Shown here piece by piece: positions 55,677 to 64,000 of a stretch of DNA of 64,000 nt. The DNA is taken from the NCBI GenBank assembly GCA_035544015.1, contig DATKIP010000012.1, positions 182,393 through 246,392 of the forward strand. Direction: 5' to 3'. This DNA comes from Candidatus Saccharimonadia bacterium. GTDB taxonomy: Bacteria > Patescibacteriota > Saccharimonadia > UBA4664. The first letter of the stretch is position 1; each line of letters begins with the position of its first letter. Both the position numbers and the translations under genes were made by a program. A model generated the notes under the pieces. That model worked only from the letters and a program-made list of their open reading frames with translations, ran no database searches and was not told where the DNA came from.

Positions 55677-56135
55677 ATGGAAACCGACTCAAAACAAGTT
55701 TGCGATGACCTCATGGCACTCGTTGGTCTGTTCAAGGGCAATTTAGCCAAATTAGCTGAAGCCCACGATCTCACCATTATGCAGCTTCACGCCCTCCACA
55801 CCCTCCAACATGGCGACTTAACAATGGGCCAAGTTGCCGCTACGCTTCATTGTGACGCCTCAAACGTCACCGGCATCGTCGACCGACTCGTGGCCAGTCA
55901 GCTCATTACCCGCCAAGAAAATGCCCACGACCGCCGCGCCAAAACCCTCCAGCTCACCGCCAAGGGTCAGCGCCTCATCGACAACATCACCGGCCAACTC
56001 CCCGCTCAAATCGGCTGCGAAAAGCTCACTACGGCCGAGCAAGCTACCCTTCACCAGATCGTCAACGAGCTCACGGCCGTTCGATCTACGCCTCACCCCG
56101 CAACTGCTTCAGCGCCTGTGAATGCTCCTGAATAA
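55677..56135 (+). CDS. MarR-family transcriptional regulator
   Basis: Winged HTH (…LTMGQVAATLHCDASNVTGIVDRLVASQLITRQENAHDRRAKTLQLTAKGQ…). Divergent from the MFS gene. Confidence 0.8.
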   Translation: METDSKQVCDDLMALVGLFKGNLAKLAEAHDLTIMQLHALHTLQHGDLTMGQVAATLHCDASNVTGIVDRLVASQLITRQENAHDRRAKTLQLTAKGQRLIDNITGQLPAQIGCEKLTTAEQATLHQIVNELTAVRSTPHPATASAPVNAPE

Positions 56136-56379
56136 CCCGCTTCTGAATCGCTCCCTGACTCTCCAATATCTCCACGTGCGGACCAAGATCCGAGACCTCA
56201 CGCCGCGTTTGCACCGTAGTCGTCACCAGTTCGGCGATCGCATCCATCTTGGCATCGAAGTGCTCAAATTTGACGCCCAAATCACGTACATCCGTCTCTA
56301 ACCCACCCACCTTCGCCTCGACACCGCTAATCTCTTCCCGAACTATTACTCGTACCTGTTCCGCCATTAACTCAGCCAT
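56086..56379 (-). CDS. Hypothetical coiled-coil protein (97 aa)
   Basis: ORF with heptad-like helical sequence. Overlaps the MarR 3' end by 50 bp (convergent). Uncertain. Confidence 0.3.
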   Translation of the reverse strand: MAELMAEQVRVIVREEISGVEAKVGGLETDVRDLGVKFEHFDAKMDAIAELVTTTVQTRREVSDLGPHVEILESQGAIQKRVIQEHSQALKQLRGEA

Positions 56380-56503
56380 TCTAAACCCCTGTTATCACCA
56401 GTATAAATCGATCTGCCCGTCCATAATACCGAACAATAAGCGAACATGCAAACCAAAAAGCGCCCTCCTGGGGCGCCTTGGTCATGGGTCGAGCGAAGTG
56501 AGC

Positions 56504-57610
56504 CTACCGCAAATAATCCCGCAGTTTCTTGCTCTCGCGGTGCTTGCGCAGCTTCGCCAAGGCCTTAGCCTCAATCTGGCGAATCCGCTCGCGCGTCACC
56601 CCAAATTCCTGCCCCACTTCCTCGAGCGTATGCGAGCGCCCATCTTCCAGCCCAAATCGCATGCGCAAAATCTTCTGCTCCCGCGGCGTCAGCAGCGCCA
56701 GCACTTGGTTCACGTGCTCCTTGAGCAGCTGGTGCGTCGCCGCTTCTTCCGGCGTCAGCGAATCTTCGTCGGCGATGAAGTCGCCCAGCTGTGAATCCTC
56801 TTCCTCGCCCACCGGCGCTTCCAGACTCACAATGTCCTGCTTGATCTTGAGAATGTGGTTCACCTTGTCCACATCCATTTCCATCTCCGCCGCAATCTCT
56901 TCCGGCAGCGGCTCGCGACCCAGCTCCTGCACCAGCCGGCGCTGAGTGCGGATCAGCTTGTTGATCGTCTCCACCATGTGCACCGGGATGCGAATGGTGC
57001 GCGCCTGGTCCGCAATCGCCCGCGTAATCGCCTGGCGAATCCACCAGGTGGCGTAGGTGGAAAATTTAAATCCCTTGGTATAGTCAAATTTCTCCACCGC
57101 CCGCAGCAACCCGGTGTTGCCCTCCTGGATGAGGTCAAGCAAGTCTAGCCCGCGGCCGATGTACTTCTTCGCGATCGACACCACGAGCCGCATGTTGGCC
57201 TCGGCCATAGCGTCTTTAGCCGCTTTATCGCCTTGCTCAATGCGCTTAGCCAGCATGATTTCCTGCTCGCCCGTCAGTAGCGGGATCTTACCGATCTCGC
57301 GCAGGTACAACCGCACCGAGTCGTCGGCGATGTCTTTGATGTAATCCTCGCTGATATCCGGGGTCTCTTCGTCATCCTTGTCCCAAATCAGCGCCTCTTT
57401 TTGGTCGGTAATCTCTACGCCCTGCTCGAGCAATGCGGCATAGAGCTCATCGAGCTCTTCCACGTTCTCTTCAGCCTCCGGCAGTACGCCCGCAATTTCT
57501 TGCTGCGTCACGTAACCTTGCTCCTTGCCCTTCGCGATCAACCGTTCCACTTCCGGCGAGTACCCGCTCGACCGATCCAGTGTTTCCTCTTCTGCAACCT
57601 TTTTTGCCAA
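56504..57610 (-). CDS. rpoD: RNA polymerase principal sigma factor (sigma70/RpoD)
   Basis: Regions 1.2-4.2. [27 protein letters not shown] (2.4 / 3.0). C-terminal region 4.2 HTH. Confidence 0.95.
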   Translation of the reverse strand: MAKKVAEEETLDRSSGYSPEVERLIAKGKEQGYVTQQEIAGVLPEAEENVEELDELYAALLEQGVEITDQKEALIWDKDDEETPDISEDYIKDIADDSVRLYLREIGKIPLLTGEQEIMLAKRIEQGDKAAKDAMAEANMRLVVSIAKKYIGRGLDLLDLIQEGNTGLLRAVEKFDYTKGFKFSTYATWWIRQAITRAIADQARTIRIPVHMVETINKLIRTQRRLVQELGREPLPEEIAAEMEMDVDKVNHILKIKQDIVSLEAPVGEEEDSQLGDFIADEDSLTPEEAATHQLLKEHVNQVLALLTPREQKILRMRFGLEDGRSHTLEEVGQEFGVTRERIRQIEAKALAKLRKHRESKKLRDYLR

Positions 57611-57849
57611 AATCTAACTCCTTATACTACAACAACCACACGTCACCAGGTCATCGGCTCCGCGCAGGCAATTAATCTTATATCTATTCTGAAGTGTTCG
57701 ATAAAAATTTGCAGCCTCTCGTCAGGCCGAAACTCGGTCACTGTGGTCTGCTAGGGAAGAATGACAAGCGAACCCCTGCCCATCCCATTACCGACCCATT
57801 GTACCTTCGGCCGTAAAATTCCGCAAGCCGCCGCACCTATACCACAAGC

Positions 57850-57878
57850 TTGATGTCATATCCAAAAGTCAGTATAGT
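57850..57878 (+). promoter_or_regulatory. sigma70-type promoter TTGATG-N17-TATAGT for the small exported-peptide gene
   Basis: cTTGATGtcatatccaaaagtcagTATAGTag. GAGGAG SD 6 nt before ATG 57925. Confidence 0.55.
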
Positions 57879-57924
57879 AGTGTCGGCCAACCCCATCGGG
57901 GGATGTTTGTTCTGAGGAGTTCGT

Positions 57925-58164
57925 ATGTTGCTGCGCATCATCCGCAAGGTCGGGCTCATCGTGATCGTCGCGACCGCCCTGATCGCTTCCAGTACCGGGC
58001 TGGCCGAAGCGGCAGTCACCAGCACCACCGCGCTCGCCGCGAACGATGGCTCCCATAGCGCCTCGGGCACCATCGGTCTCGGGCTCATCGCGATAGGCCT
58101 CCCGCTCATGTTCGTCATGCTTGCGCGGAGCAGAAGGGCCAGGCGCCGCAACCGCCGTCGCTAA
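57925..58164 (+). CDS. Small exported protein (79 aa) with signal peptide and C-terminal TM plus poly-Arg sorting-signal-like tail
   Basis: N-terminal signal (…TGLAEA|AV). C-terminus GLGLIAIGLPLMFVMLARSRRARRRNRRR. Own promoter, SD and terminator. Confidence 0.5.
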   Translation: MLLRIIRKVGLIVIVATALIASSTGLAEAAVTSTTALAANDGSHSASGTIGLGLIAIGLPLMFVMLARSRRARRRNRRR

Positions 58165-58172
58165 CCCGCACC

Positions 58173-58205
58173 CCGCTAGGACAGGCGCCCGCCCTGTCCT
58201 AGCGG
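58173..58205. terminator. Bidirectional terminator hairpin (13-bp perfect stem ccgctaggacagg / cctgtcctagcgg)
   Basis: Lies between the convergent stops of the 57925..58164 gene (+) and dnaG (-). Confidence 0.6.
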
Positions 58206-58225
58206 GGGCCCGTCATGTCTACCGC

Positions 58226-60004
58226 CTATGCCTCAGAATCAATGATCGCCTTGAGTTCATCCAGCAATTTCGCTCGCAACCCATCATCACCCTTCTGCTC
58301 GGCGTATTGCAGCTCCAAATTAAGCCTATCCTTGATCTCCTGGTTCGATCCCAAAAACACACTCCGGGCAAATTCAAATGCCGCCTGTTGCAATTTTCCC
58401 TCTTCCAAGCCCGAAAACTCTTCCTCGCCAATCAACATCAATTGGTTCACATAGCTCGCCGCCTCCCCAGCCGCACCCGCAATTTCGCTCGCCGCCGCCT
58501 CTGGATGCGCCCGCAACAATGTGTAAACCATGGCCCGCTCCGGCGACGAGAAGCTCTCGGGCGACAGCTCCCCCAAGCTCGCCCGCGCCGACGGCGCCAA
58601 CAAATTCACGGCCAAAAACAACTCCTCGCGCTGCACCCGCACGCTCGTCTTGCCGCTGGCCTGCACCACCGCCCGCCGCACCACATCGCCGCTGCGATCA
58701 CGCTCCGCCACCGCGCCCGCCGTCCCGGCCACCTCAGTCCCCTTCTCGATCTTCGCCCGCACCGCCTCCTCGCTCGTGCCCGTCTTTTCGGCCAGCAACT
58801 TCACATAATGATCCTGCTCCACCGGATCCCCCAGCCGCCGCAGGCTCCCCGCCAGCCGGTCTGTGTATCCGCGCTTGCCCACGGCCGAGTTCAGGTCAAA
58901 ATCGTGCTCAAACCGCTCAAACAAATAATCCACAATGTATTTGGCCTCGCCAATCGCCCGCCGCCACGCCTCCACATCGCGCGCCACCAGCTCATCCGCG
59001 TCCTTCACGCCCTCCGGCAACACCACCATCCGCAGCGTCAGCCCCAATTTTTGCCCCAACTCAATCGCCCGCTCCGTCGCCGCCAGCCCCGCCCGGTCGG
59101 CGTCAAACGCCAGCTTTATATTCTTTGTAAGCTTACTCAGCGTCCGCAGTTGCTCCAGCGTCAGCGCCGTGCCGCTCGCCGCCACCACCTGCTTCACGCC
59201 CGCTTGGTGACTCGCCACCACGTCCATATTGCCCTCCACGAGTACCACTTCATCGCCGCTCCGAATCGCCTCCCGCGCCAATGCCAAGCCATAAATCGCC
59301 TGCGATTTGTCATATAGCGGCGTCTGAGGCGTATTCAAATACTTCGGCACCCCGTCATCCAGCACCCGCGCGGTAAACCCAACCGTCCGGCCCTCGCGGT
59401 CGGTAATCGGAAACATTACCCGGCCCCGAAACAGATCATAAATCGTCACCCGCCCGTCCTTTTGCCCAGCCAGGCCGCCCTGCACCAGCTCCTGCTGCGA
59501 ATACCCCTGCTTGGTCAAAAAATCACTCAGCGCATTCCACGAATCCGGTGCATACCCAATCGCAAAGTCCCGGATCGTCTCGCGCGTGAGCCGCCGCTGC
59601 TTCACCACATAATCCAGCGCCTTCGGATTGCGCACCAGCGTCGCCTGGTAATACTTCACCGCCAATGCGTGCGCATCGAGCAATCGCTCCCGCAATTTCT
59701 TCGCCGTGCCGTCGTCATTCCCGCGCGCTTTGAGCTCCACCCCCGCCTTGCGCGCCAACATCTCCAGCGCCTCCCGAAAGTTCACGCCCTCCATCTTCAT
59801 CACAAAATTAAAAATATCCCCGCCCTCGCCACAGCCAAAGCAGTGATAAATCCCCTTCTCCGGGCTCACCATAAAGCTCGCCGACTTCTCCTGGTGAAAC
59901 GGGCACGGCGCCTTCAAATTCCGCCCCGCCTGCTTGAGCGGCAAGTACCCCCCGACCACCTCCGTGATCTCGAGGCGACTCTTTACCTCCGCAACCTCGT
60001 CCAT
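58226..60004 (-). CDS. dnaG: DNA primase
   Basis: Zn-ribbon CPFHQEKSASF…HCFGCG. TOPRIM (EGNMDV) domain. Confidence 0.92.
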   Translation of the reverse strand: MDEVAEVKSRLEITEVVGGYLPLKQAGRNLKAPCPFHQEKSASFMVSPEKGIYHCFGCGEGGDIFNFVMKMEGVNFREALEMLARKAGVELKARGNDDGTAKKLRERLLDAHALAVKYYQATLVRNPKALDYVVKQRRLTRETIRDFAIGYAPDSWNALSDFLTKQGYSQQELVQGGLAGQKDGRVTIYDLFRGRVMFPITDREGRTVGFTARVLDDGVPKYLNTPQTPLYDKSQAIYGLALAREAIRSGDEVVLVEGNMDVVASHQAGVKQVVAASGTALTLEQLRTLSKLTKNIKLAFDADRAGLAATERAIELGQKLGLTLRMVVLPEGVKDADELVARDVEAWRRAIGEAKYIVDYLFERFEHDFDLNSAVGKRGYTDRLAGSLRRLGDPVEQDHYVKLLAEKTGTSEEAVRAKIEKGTEVAGTAGAVAERDRSGDVVRRAVVQASGKTSVRVQREELFLAVNLLAPSARASLGELSPESFSSPERAMVYTLLRAHPEAAASEIAGAAGEAASYVNQLMLIGEEEFSGLEEGKLQQAAFEFARSVFLGSNQEIKDRLNLELQYAEQKGDDGLRAKLLDELKAIIDSEA

Positions 60005-60063
60005 ATGTCTAATTATACGCTAAATCTGGAAATGCGAACAAAAAGCGAATAAGTTCGTGAGCT

Positions 60064-60097
60064 GGTTCCGGGCCGGCCCGCAGACCGGCCCGGAACC
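60064..60097 (-). terminator. GC hairpin (13-bp perfect stem ggttccgggccgg / ccggcccggaacc) downstream of the 60115..60309 ORF and upstream of dnaG
   Basis: Read directly. 8-nt loop. Confidence 0.5.
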
Positions 60098-60114
60098 ATG
60101 GTGCGTCGAGGCGC

Positions 60115-60309
60115 CTAGTGGTAGTCGTTGTACAACTGAGTCACCAGGGCCTCGCCGGCCTGGACATCGGCGGACGCATCAGCCTCCTCGTAGTCCTCGA
60201 TGGCATTCTCGAGATCGATGCGATACCCCCTACCCGGATTCGACCTGGCATTGTGCAGCGCGGTTTCGTAAGCAGTCTTGGCGTCGGCCAAGGTTCTCAC
60301 GCCCTTCAA
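60115..60309 (-). CDS. Small hypothetical protein (64 aa)
   Basis: Acidic, helical ORF followed by a strong hairpin. No motif. Confidence 0.3.
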   Translation of the reverse strand: MKGVRTLADAKTAYETALHNARSNPGRGYRIDLENAIEDYEEADASADVQAGEALVTQLYNDYH

Positions 60310-60374
60310 TCGAGGAGCTACAGATCATCCACGGAAGCATCGGGCTACCGCTGGTCATTTATACCAGCTGCGCC

Positions 60375-61022
60375 TCAGGCGCTCAAGAGCTCTGCCACCT
60401 TCCCCACGTCTTCGGCAACATAGGTTGCCCCAGACGCCTCCAGCTCCTCACGCGATCCATAGCCAAACAGCACCCCCACCGAATCAATCCCGTTCTCTTT
60501 TGCGCCAATCACATCGTGCTCCCGATCGCCCACCATGATCGCCTTCGACTTCGGCGGGTTTCCTAGCCACTCCAAAGCCTCAGAAATGGTAGCTCCCTTG
60601 CCCAAAATATTGCCCAAATGCGTACCTACAACCACGACAAAATAATTCGTCAGGCCCGTTTGCGCCAAAATTTGCTGGGCAAATTCATCGATTTTCGACG
60701 TTGCCACCGCCAATATTTTGCCCTGAGTTTTGAGTGCATCCAGCAGCTCTACCATCCCCGGGTAGGGTACATACTGCCGTATGCCTTCCACCCGAAAATG
60801 CTCCCGATAAATCCCTATGACTTCGGCCGCCGACGCGTCATCAAAACCGTAAAAGTCCTTAAACGACTGGGCCAATGGCGGCCCTACAAACCGCCGCAAA
60901 GACGCCTTATCCGGCTCGTCAATACCCATTTTAGTCAGGGCGTAATCAAGCGAATTGGTAATACTTGGCCCCGGATCGCACAGCGTTCCGTCCAGATCAA
61001 ACAAAATGTATTGGTAGCTCAC
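60375..61022 (-). CDS. HAD-superfamily hydrolase (phosphoglycolate phosphatase-like, subfamily IA)
   Basis: LFDLDGTL motif I. MVGDREHDVIGA motif IV. Confidence 0.8.
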   Translation of the reverse strand: MSYQYILFDLDGTLCDPGPSITNSLDYALTKMGIDEPDKASLRRFVGPPLAQSFKDFYGFDDASAAEVIGIYREHFRVEGIRQYVPYPGMVELLDALKTQGKILAVATSKIDEFAQQILAQTGLTNYFVVVVGTHLGNILGKGATISEALEWLGNPPKSKAIMVGDREHDVIGAKENGIDSVGVLFGYGSREELEASGATYVAEDVGKVAELLSA

Positions 61023-61029
61023 AGCCGTC

Positions 61030-62028
61030 TCAGCCTAAGTTACTAAAACTCAAATCCGGTTTCACCCGCTCAATAAGCCGCGCCGTCTGCCCCAGGCTCT
61101 TGCCGGCCACACTCTGATCGTTCACGAAGTTCTCAATATCCTGCTCGCGGTGGCCGTCGATGCCGTAGGTGGTGATGCAACCCACACGCTTGGCCATAGC
61201 CGCCAGCACCGGCTCGGCCCGACGCGCCGCGCCATTCATGGGGTTGCCCATGAGCTCCACGCCGTCGAGCCGCCCGTCGCGCAGCATGCCTTCGAGCATT
61301 CCGGCGTCGATCTTGCGCGCCGCGGTGTACCAGTGCGCCACCACCGCCACCCCGCCGGCACCACGGATGAGCTTCACGGCCGCATCCAGGTCAATCGAGT
61401 ACAAATAATCCACATAAATCCCTGCCACAAAGGCGTCATCGCTCAAAAACAGCCGGTACGGATAGTCGCTCGCCGGCCGCTCCATCATGTGCGCGTAATC
61501 CATGGCCACGGCAGCACTCCCCACCGCCGCCAGCTCCATGTCCATCCGCATCTGCTCCACGATGGCCGCATTTTCCGGATGCGCATTGAGCGCCCGCACA
61601 ATGTGCGGCCGGCCCACGGTCTCGCCACCCGACGCCGCCAGGCAATCCTCCACCGAAATCGTAAACTTGAGTCCGCGCAGATTCGTCACAATCCGCTCCA
61701 TCCGCTCCACCCGCGCCGCCACCGCCCGCCGGCAATGCTCGCGCAGCGCCACATTCGTGGGGTCGGTAAACAGCCCCAAAATGTGCAGCGAGCTCGTAAC
61801 CCCGCCGCCCAATTCCACCGGCAGGCCGCTCGAAATCTCGCATCCCACCAGCCATTTCACCGGTCCGTCATACGCCCGCAGCTTCGCCAGATCCACCTCG
61901 CTCGGCAGCGTATCATGATCCGTAAACGCCACCACCCCCACCTTGTTGCGCCGCGCCGCCTCGAGCACCTCCAGATACGTCTGCGTGCCGTCCGATGCCG
62001 TCGTGTGATTATGCAGTGATTCGTACAT
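61030..62028 (-). CDS. PHP-domain metal-dependent phosphoesterase
   Basis: HNHTTASDG N-terminal His motif, FTDHD, H…H…D pattern of PHP. Confidence 0.8.
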   Translation of the reverse strand: MYESLHNHTTASDGTQTYLEVLEAARRNKVGVVAFTDHDTLPSEVDLAKLRAYDGPVKWLVGCEISSGLPVELGGGVTSSLHILGLFTDPTNVALREHCRRAVAARVERMERIVTNLRGLKFTISVEDCLAASGGETVGRPHIVRALNAHPENAAIVEQMRMDMELAAVGSAAVAMDYAHMMERPASDYPYRLFLSDDAFVAGIYVDYLYSIDLDAAVKLIRGAGGVAVVAHWYTAARKIDAGMLEGMLRDGRLDGVELMGNPMNGAARRAEPVLAAMAKRVGCITTYGIDGHREQDIENFVNDQSVAGKSLGQTARLIERVKPDLSFSNLG

Positions 62029-62029
62029 C

Positions 62030-62434
62030 CTAGCGATCCGCCAACCGGTACACGAATTTCAGCCCCGACCAATCGTCGGTGAGCGCCGCCACCTTCACAT
62101 CCACCAGCCCCGCCTTCAAGCCCAGCTCGCGCACGATCCCCTCAGTGAGCCCCGTGTGCAGCGGCGAAGTCCGCTTGGCCCAGCAAATCCACAACATCCC
62201 GCCCGGCTCCAAATGCGACGCGAGGTTCGCCAACACCGCATTCAGCTGCTCGGTGCTGGTCGCAAAATACTGAATAAAATCAAACCGGCCCGCCAACCGC
62301 ACCGCCACCTTCGCCCGCTCATCTAGGTCCCCCAGCAAATCCAAATACCCCGCCGGCGCATGCATCACAATCAGGCGCGCACCCGGCCGCACGCCCAATT
62401 TATCGATCAAGTTTTTGTTCGAATATCCTGCCAT
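62030..62434 (-). CDS. Hypothetical protein (134 aa), possibly DUF3052-like
   Basis: Conserved-looking ORF abutting the PHP gene (1-nt gap). Family assignment uncertain. Confidence 0.45.
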   Translation of the reverse strand: MAGYSNKNLIDKLGVRPGARLIVMHAPAGYLDLLGDLDERAKVAVRLAGRFDFIQYFATSTEQLNAVLANLASHLEPGGMLWICWAKRTSPLHTGLTEGIVRELGLKAGLVDVKVAALTDDWSGLKFVYRLADR

Positions 62435-62448
62435 CGGTGCCTATCTTA

Positions 62449-63276
62449 TCATTTTGCCAGGCCAAATGTATCACCCTTCTCGATAAGAAAGCCTTCGCGC
62501 ACCAGCGCCGCCAACACCGCGGGCAGCCGTTCATCGCCGATTCCCAGCTCACGCACCCTCTTCGGCCCATCGAGCAATCGCCGCAGCACCTCGCCCCGCA
62601 GCTGCCGCACGCTGCCCGCAAACGTCGATTGCACCGCGTAATGCCGGCTGCGTCGGTTCGGATTCACCACCCGCTTGGCCAAATCCGCCCCATAATCCAT
62701 GAGTGCCCAATACCACTCGCGCGGGTGCTGCCGGTCGAGCGCCGCCTCGATCAGCGGCCGCAACACCGCATCCGGCACGCCGTCCGGATAGCTCGCGCAC
62801 AAGGCCGGCGAGTCCTCAAAAAATTCGTGCAAAAACACCCGCCGGATATTCGTTTCGATAAACACCACCGGCTCATCGTAGGCAAACGCCGCGATGCTGC
62901 CGGCCGTGTTGGGCCCAATCCCCGGCAACCGCACCAGCTCCGCCGGGTCGCGCGGCAACACGCCACCAAATTCGCGTACCACCATCTGCGCCGCCTCCCG
63001 CAGCCACAGCGCCCGCCGGTTGTAACCCAGCCCCTGCCACGCCTCCACCACCTCGGCCACGCTCGCCGCGGCCAGCGCCTCAAAACTCCCAAACCGCTCC
63101 AGCCACCGCGGCCAATGCCCCAGCACCCGGCTCACCTGCGTTTGCTGCAGCATCACCTCACTCACAAACACCCCATACGGCGTCACCTCCCGCCGCCACG
63201 GCAAATCCCGCCCCTGCTCACGATAAAACTCCCACACCCGTTCCCGAAAATCCACAATGACCCGTTCATCCATGTC
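62449..63276 (-). CDS. HhH-GPD superfamily DNA glycosylase (MutY/Nth-like, no Fe-S Cys cluster evident)
   Basis: HhH-GPD motif LPGIGPNTAGSI…D. No C-X6-C-X2-C-X5-C. Start likely MDERVIV…. Confidence 0.7.
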   Translation of the reverse strand, partial: DMDERVIVDFRERVWEFYREQGRDLPWRREVTPYGVFVSEVMLQQTQVSRVLGHWPRWLERFGSFEALAAASVAEVVEAWQGLGYNRRALWLREAAQMVVREFGGVLPRDPAELVRLPGIGPNTAGSIAAFAYDEPVVFIETNIRRVFLHEFFEDSPALCASYPDGVPDAVLRPLIEAALDRQHPREWYWALMDYGADLAKRVVNPNRRSRHYAVQSTFAGSVRQLRGEVLRRLLDGPKRVRELGIGDERLPAVLAALVREGFLIEKGDTFGLAK

Positions 63277-63370
63277 CCAGATTGTAACGCACTCACCCAA
63301 TATTCTTGACGGTAGTATACCCACTGTAGTATACTATCGGTAACATACTAATAACTAACCAAGGAACCCA

Positions 63371-63877
63371 TTGAAACCACTCGATGACTATGAACAAACC
63401 CTCCTCTCCGGCTGGGAAGACACCTACAGCAAAGGCCAACTCACCCTCTGGATAATGCTGTCGCTCAAAGACAGCCAAAAACACATGGGTCAAATCAAAG
63501 ACTTCATCCTCGAAGCCACCCACGGCCTCGTAACGCCCGACGACAAAAGCGTCTACCGCTCGCTCCGCCGGTTTCGCGACGCCCAGCTTGTGGATCATCG
63601 GCTCGAACCCAACCCCGGCGGTCCTGCGCTCAAAATCTACCAGCTCACGCCCACCGGAGCAGCCGTTCTACAAGCCTTTCTCGCCCGAAATATCGAGGAC
63701 ATTCTCTACCAGCCCCGCATCCGTACATTAATCAAACAGGATCAATCATGGAATCAACCGCAAAAATCAGCCGTCTCAGCCGCGGCTGGCAAATCACCAA
63801 AAGCTCGTGGCGCGTCCTCAAACTCGACAAAGAACTTGCCGCCCTTCCCCTCGTCAGCTTTACCATCCAACTCCTAG
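63371..63877 (+). CDS. PadR-family transcriptional regulator (3' boundary uncertain)
   Basis: Winged-helix PadR core (…GQLTLWIMLSLKDSQKHMGQIKDFILEATHGLVTPDDKSVYRSLRRF…). The ORF tail overlaps the next gene in another frame. Confidence 0.65.
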   Translation: MKPLDDYEQTLLSGWEDTYSKGQLTLWIMLSLKDSQKHMGQIKDFILEATHGLVTPDDKSVYRSLRRFRDAQLVDHRLEPNPGGPALKIYQLTPTGAAVLQAFLARNIEDILYQPRIRTLIKQDQSWNQPQKSAVSAAAGKSPKARGASSNSTKNLPPFPSSALPSNS

Positions 63878-64000
63878 CCCTCGTCCCCTTCGTCTTGGTC
63901 GCTATCGCCCTGCGAGCCAACAATCAGCTCAATAATTGGCGCGACTTTGCCTTTACGCTCGCTCTATATTTCGTCCTGGCGCTCATTACCAACTTCTTTG
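63748..64000 (+). CDS. Partial membrane protein (5' end only, continues beyond window), PadR-associated
   Basis: MESTAKISRLSRGWQITKSSWRVLKLDKELAALPLVSFTIQLLALVPFVLV… Alternative TTG start at 63895. Confidence 0.35.
   Translation, partial: MESTAKISRLSRGWQITKSSWRVLKLDKELAALPLVSFTIQLLALVPFVLVAIALRANNQLNNWRDFAFTLALYFVLALITNFF

Noticed and set aside
56086-56135. 50-bp convergent overlap between MarR 3' end and the 97-aa coiled-coil ORF
   Set aside because: Such an overlap is unusual. The minus-strand ORF may be spurious or start further downstream. It was reported with low confidence rather than as a finding.
63748-63877. Apparent 130-nt out-of-frame overlap between the PadR ORF tail and the downstream membrane-protein ORF
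   Set aside because: Probably an artefact of start/stop choice. PadR likely ends functionally near residue ~125, or the downstream gene starts at TTG 63895. This cannot be resolved without homologues.

Overview
Gene-dense, high-G+C bacterial chromosome segment (about 70 coding sequences, nearly all on the minus strand, many with 1-4 bp overlaps). The dominant feature is an ~18 kb type IV pilus supercluster (3.7-21.7 kb). Reading down the minus strand it contains: a 632-aa secreted protein, a TPR protein, pilM, pilN, pilO, an 85-aa ORF, pilB, [vapBC toxin-antitoxin plus a high-GC orphan gene], pilT, pilC, [a low-GC 140-aa membrane ORF plus a plus-strand high-GC secreted beta-propeller/SGNH hydrolase], pilA, pilD and four pseudopilin genes, followed by a Xer-type recombinase. 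No secretin (pilQ) is present in the window, and pilMNO plus a long N-terminal extension on RNase J fit a monoderm high-GC lineage. Alongside housekeeping genes (recA, polA, rpoD, pnp, ftsK) sits an Rpf (resuscitation-promoting factor) domain protein gene that looks compositionally foreign, as do the islet genes. This pattern would fit an actinobacterium or an Actinobacteria-associated lineage. The lineage is not resolved. The rest is housekeeping: ychF, efp, rpsF-ssb-rpsR, recX, recA, yajQ, a RodZ-like protein, ftsK, rnj, a family-4 UDG, pnp, rpsO, truB, an NrnA-like DHH protein, rpsT, holA, fpg, polA, purF, a MarR/DHA2-MFS pair, rpoD and dnaG. Points worth a second look: (i) two compositionally aberrant islets inserted inside the pilus operons; (ii) two copies of an intergenic ~80-95 bp palindromic element with a conserved core and covarying stems; (iii) several small, well-signalled ORFs, including an exported peptide with a C-terminal sorting-signal-like tail, a Cys-containing peptide with a long structured leader, and an ATGA-coupled pair; (iv) an Rpf-domain gene and other very high-GC genes that look horizontally acquired; (v) low-complexity extensions on RNase J, S20 and NrnA; (vi) apparently leaderless promoters. 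No rRNA, tRNA, CRISPR array or obvious transposase was found. All coordinates and compositional statements come from reading the sequence by eye; G+C and codon-usage statements are visual impressions that need computation.
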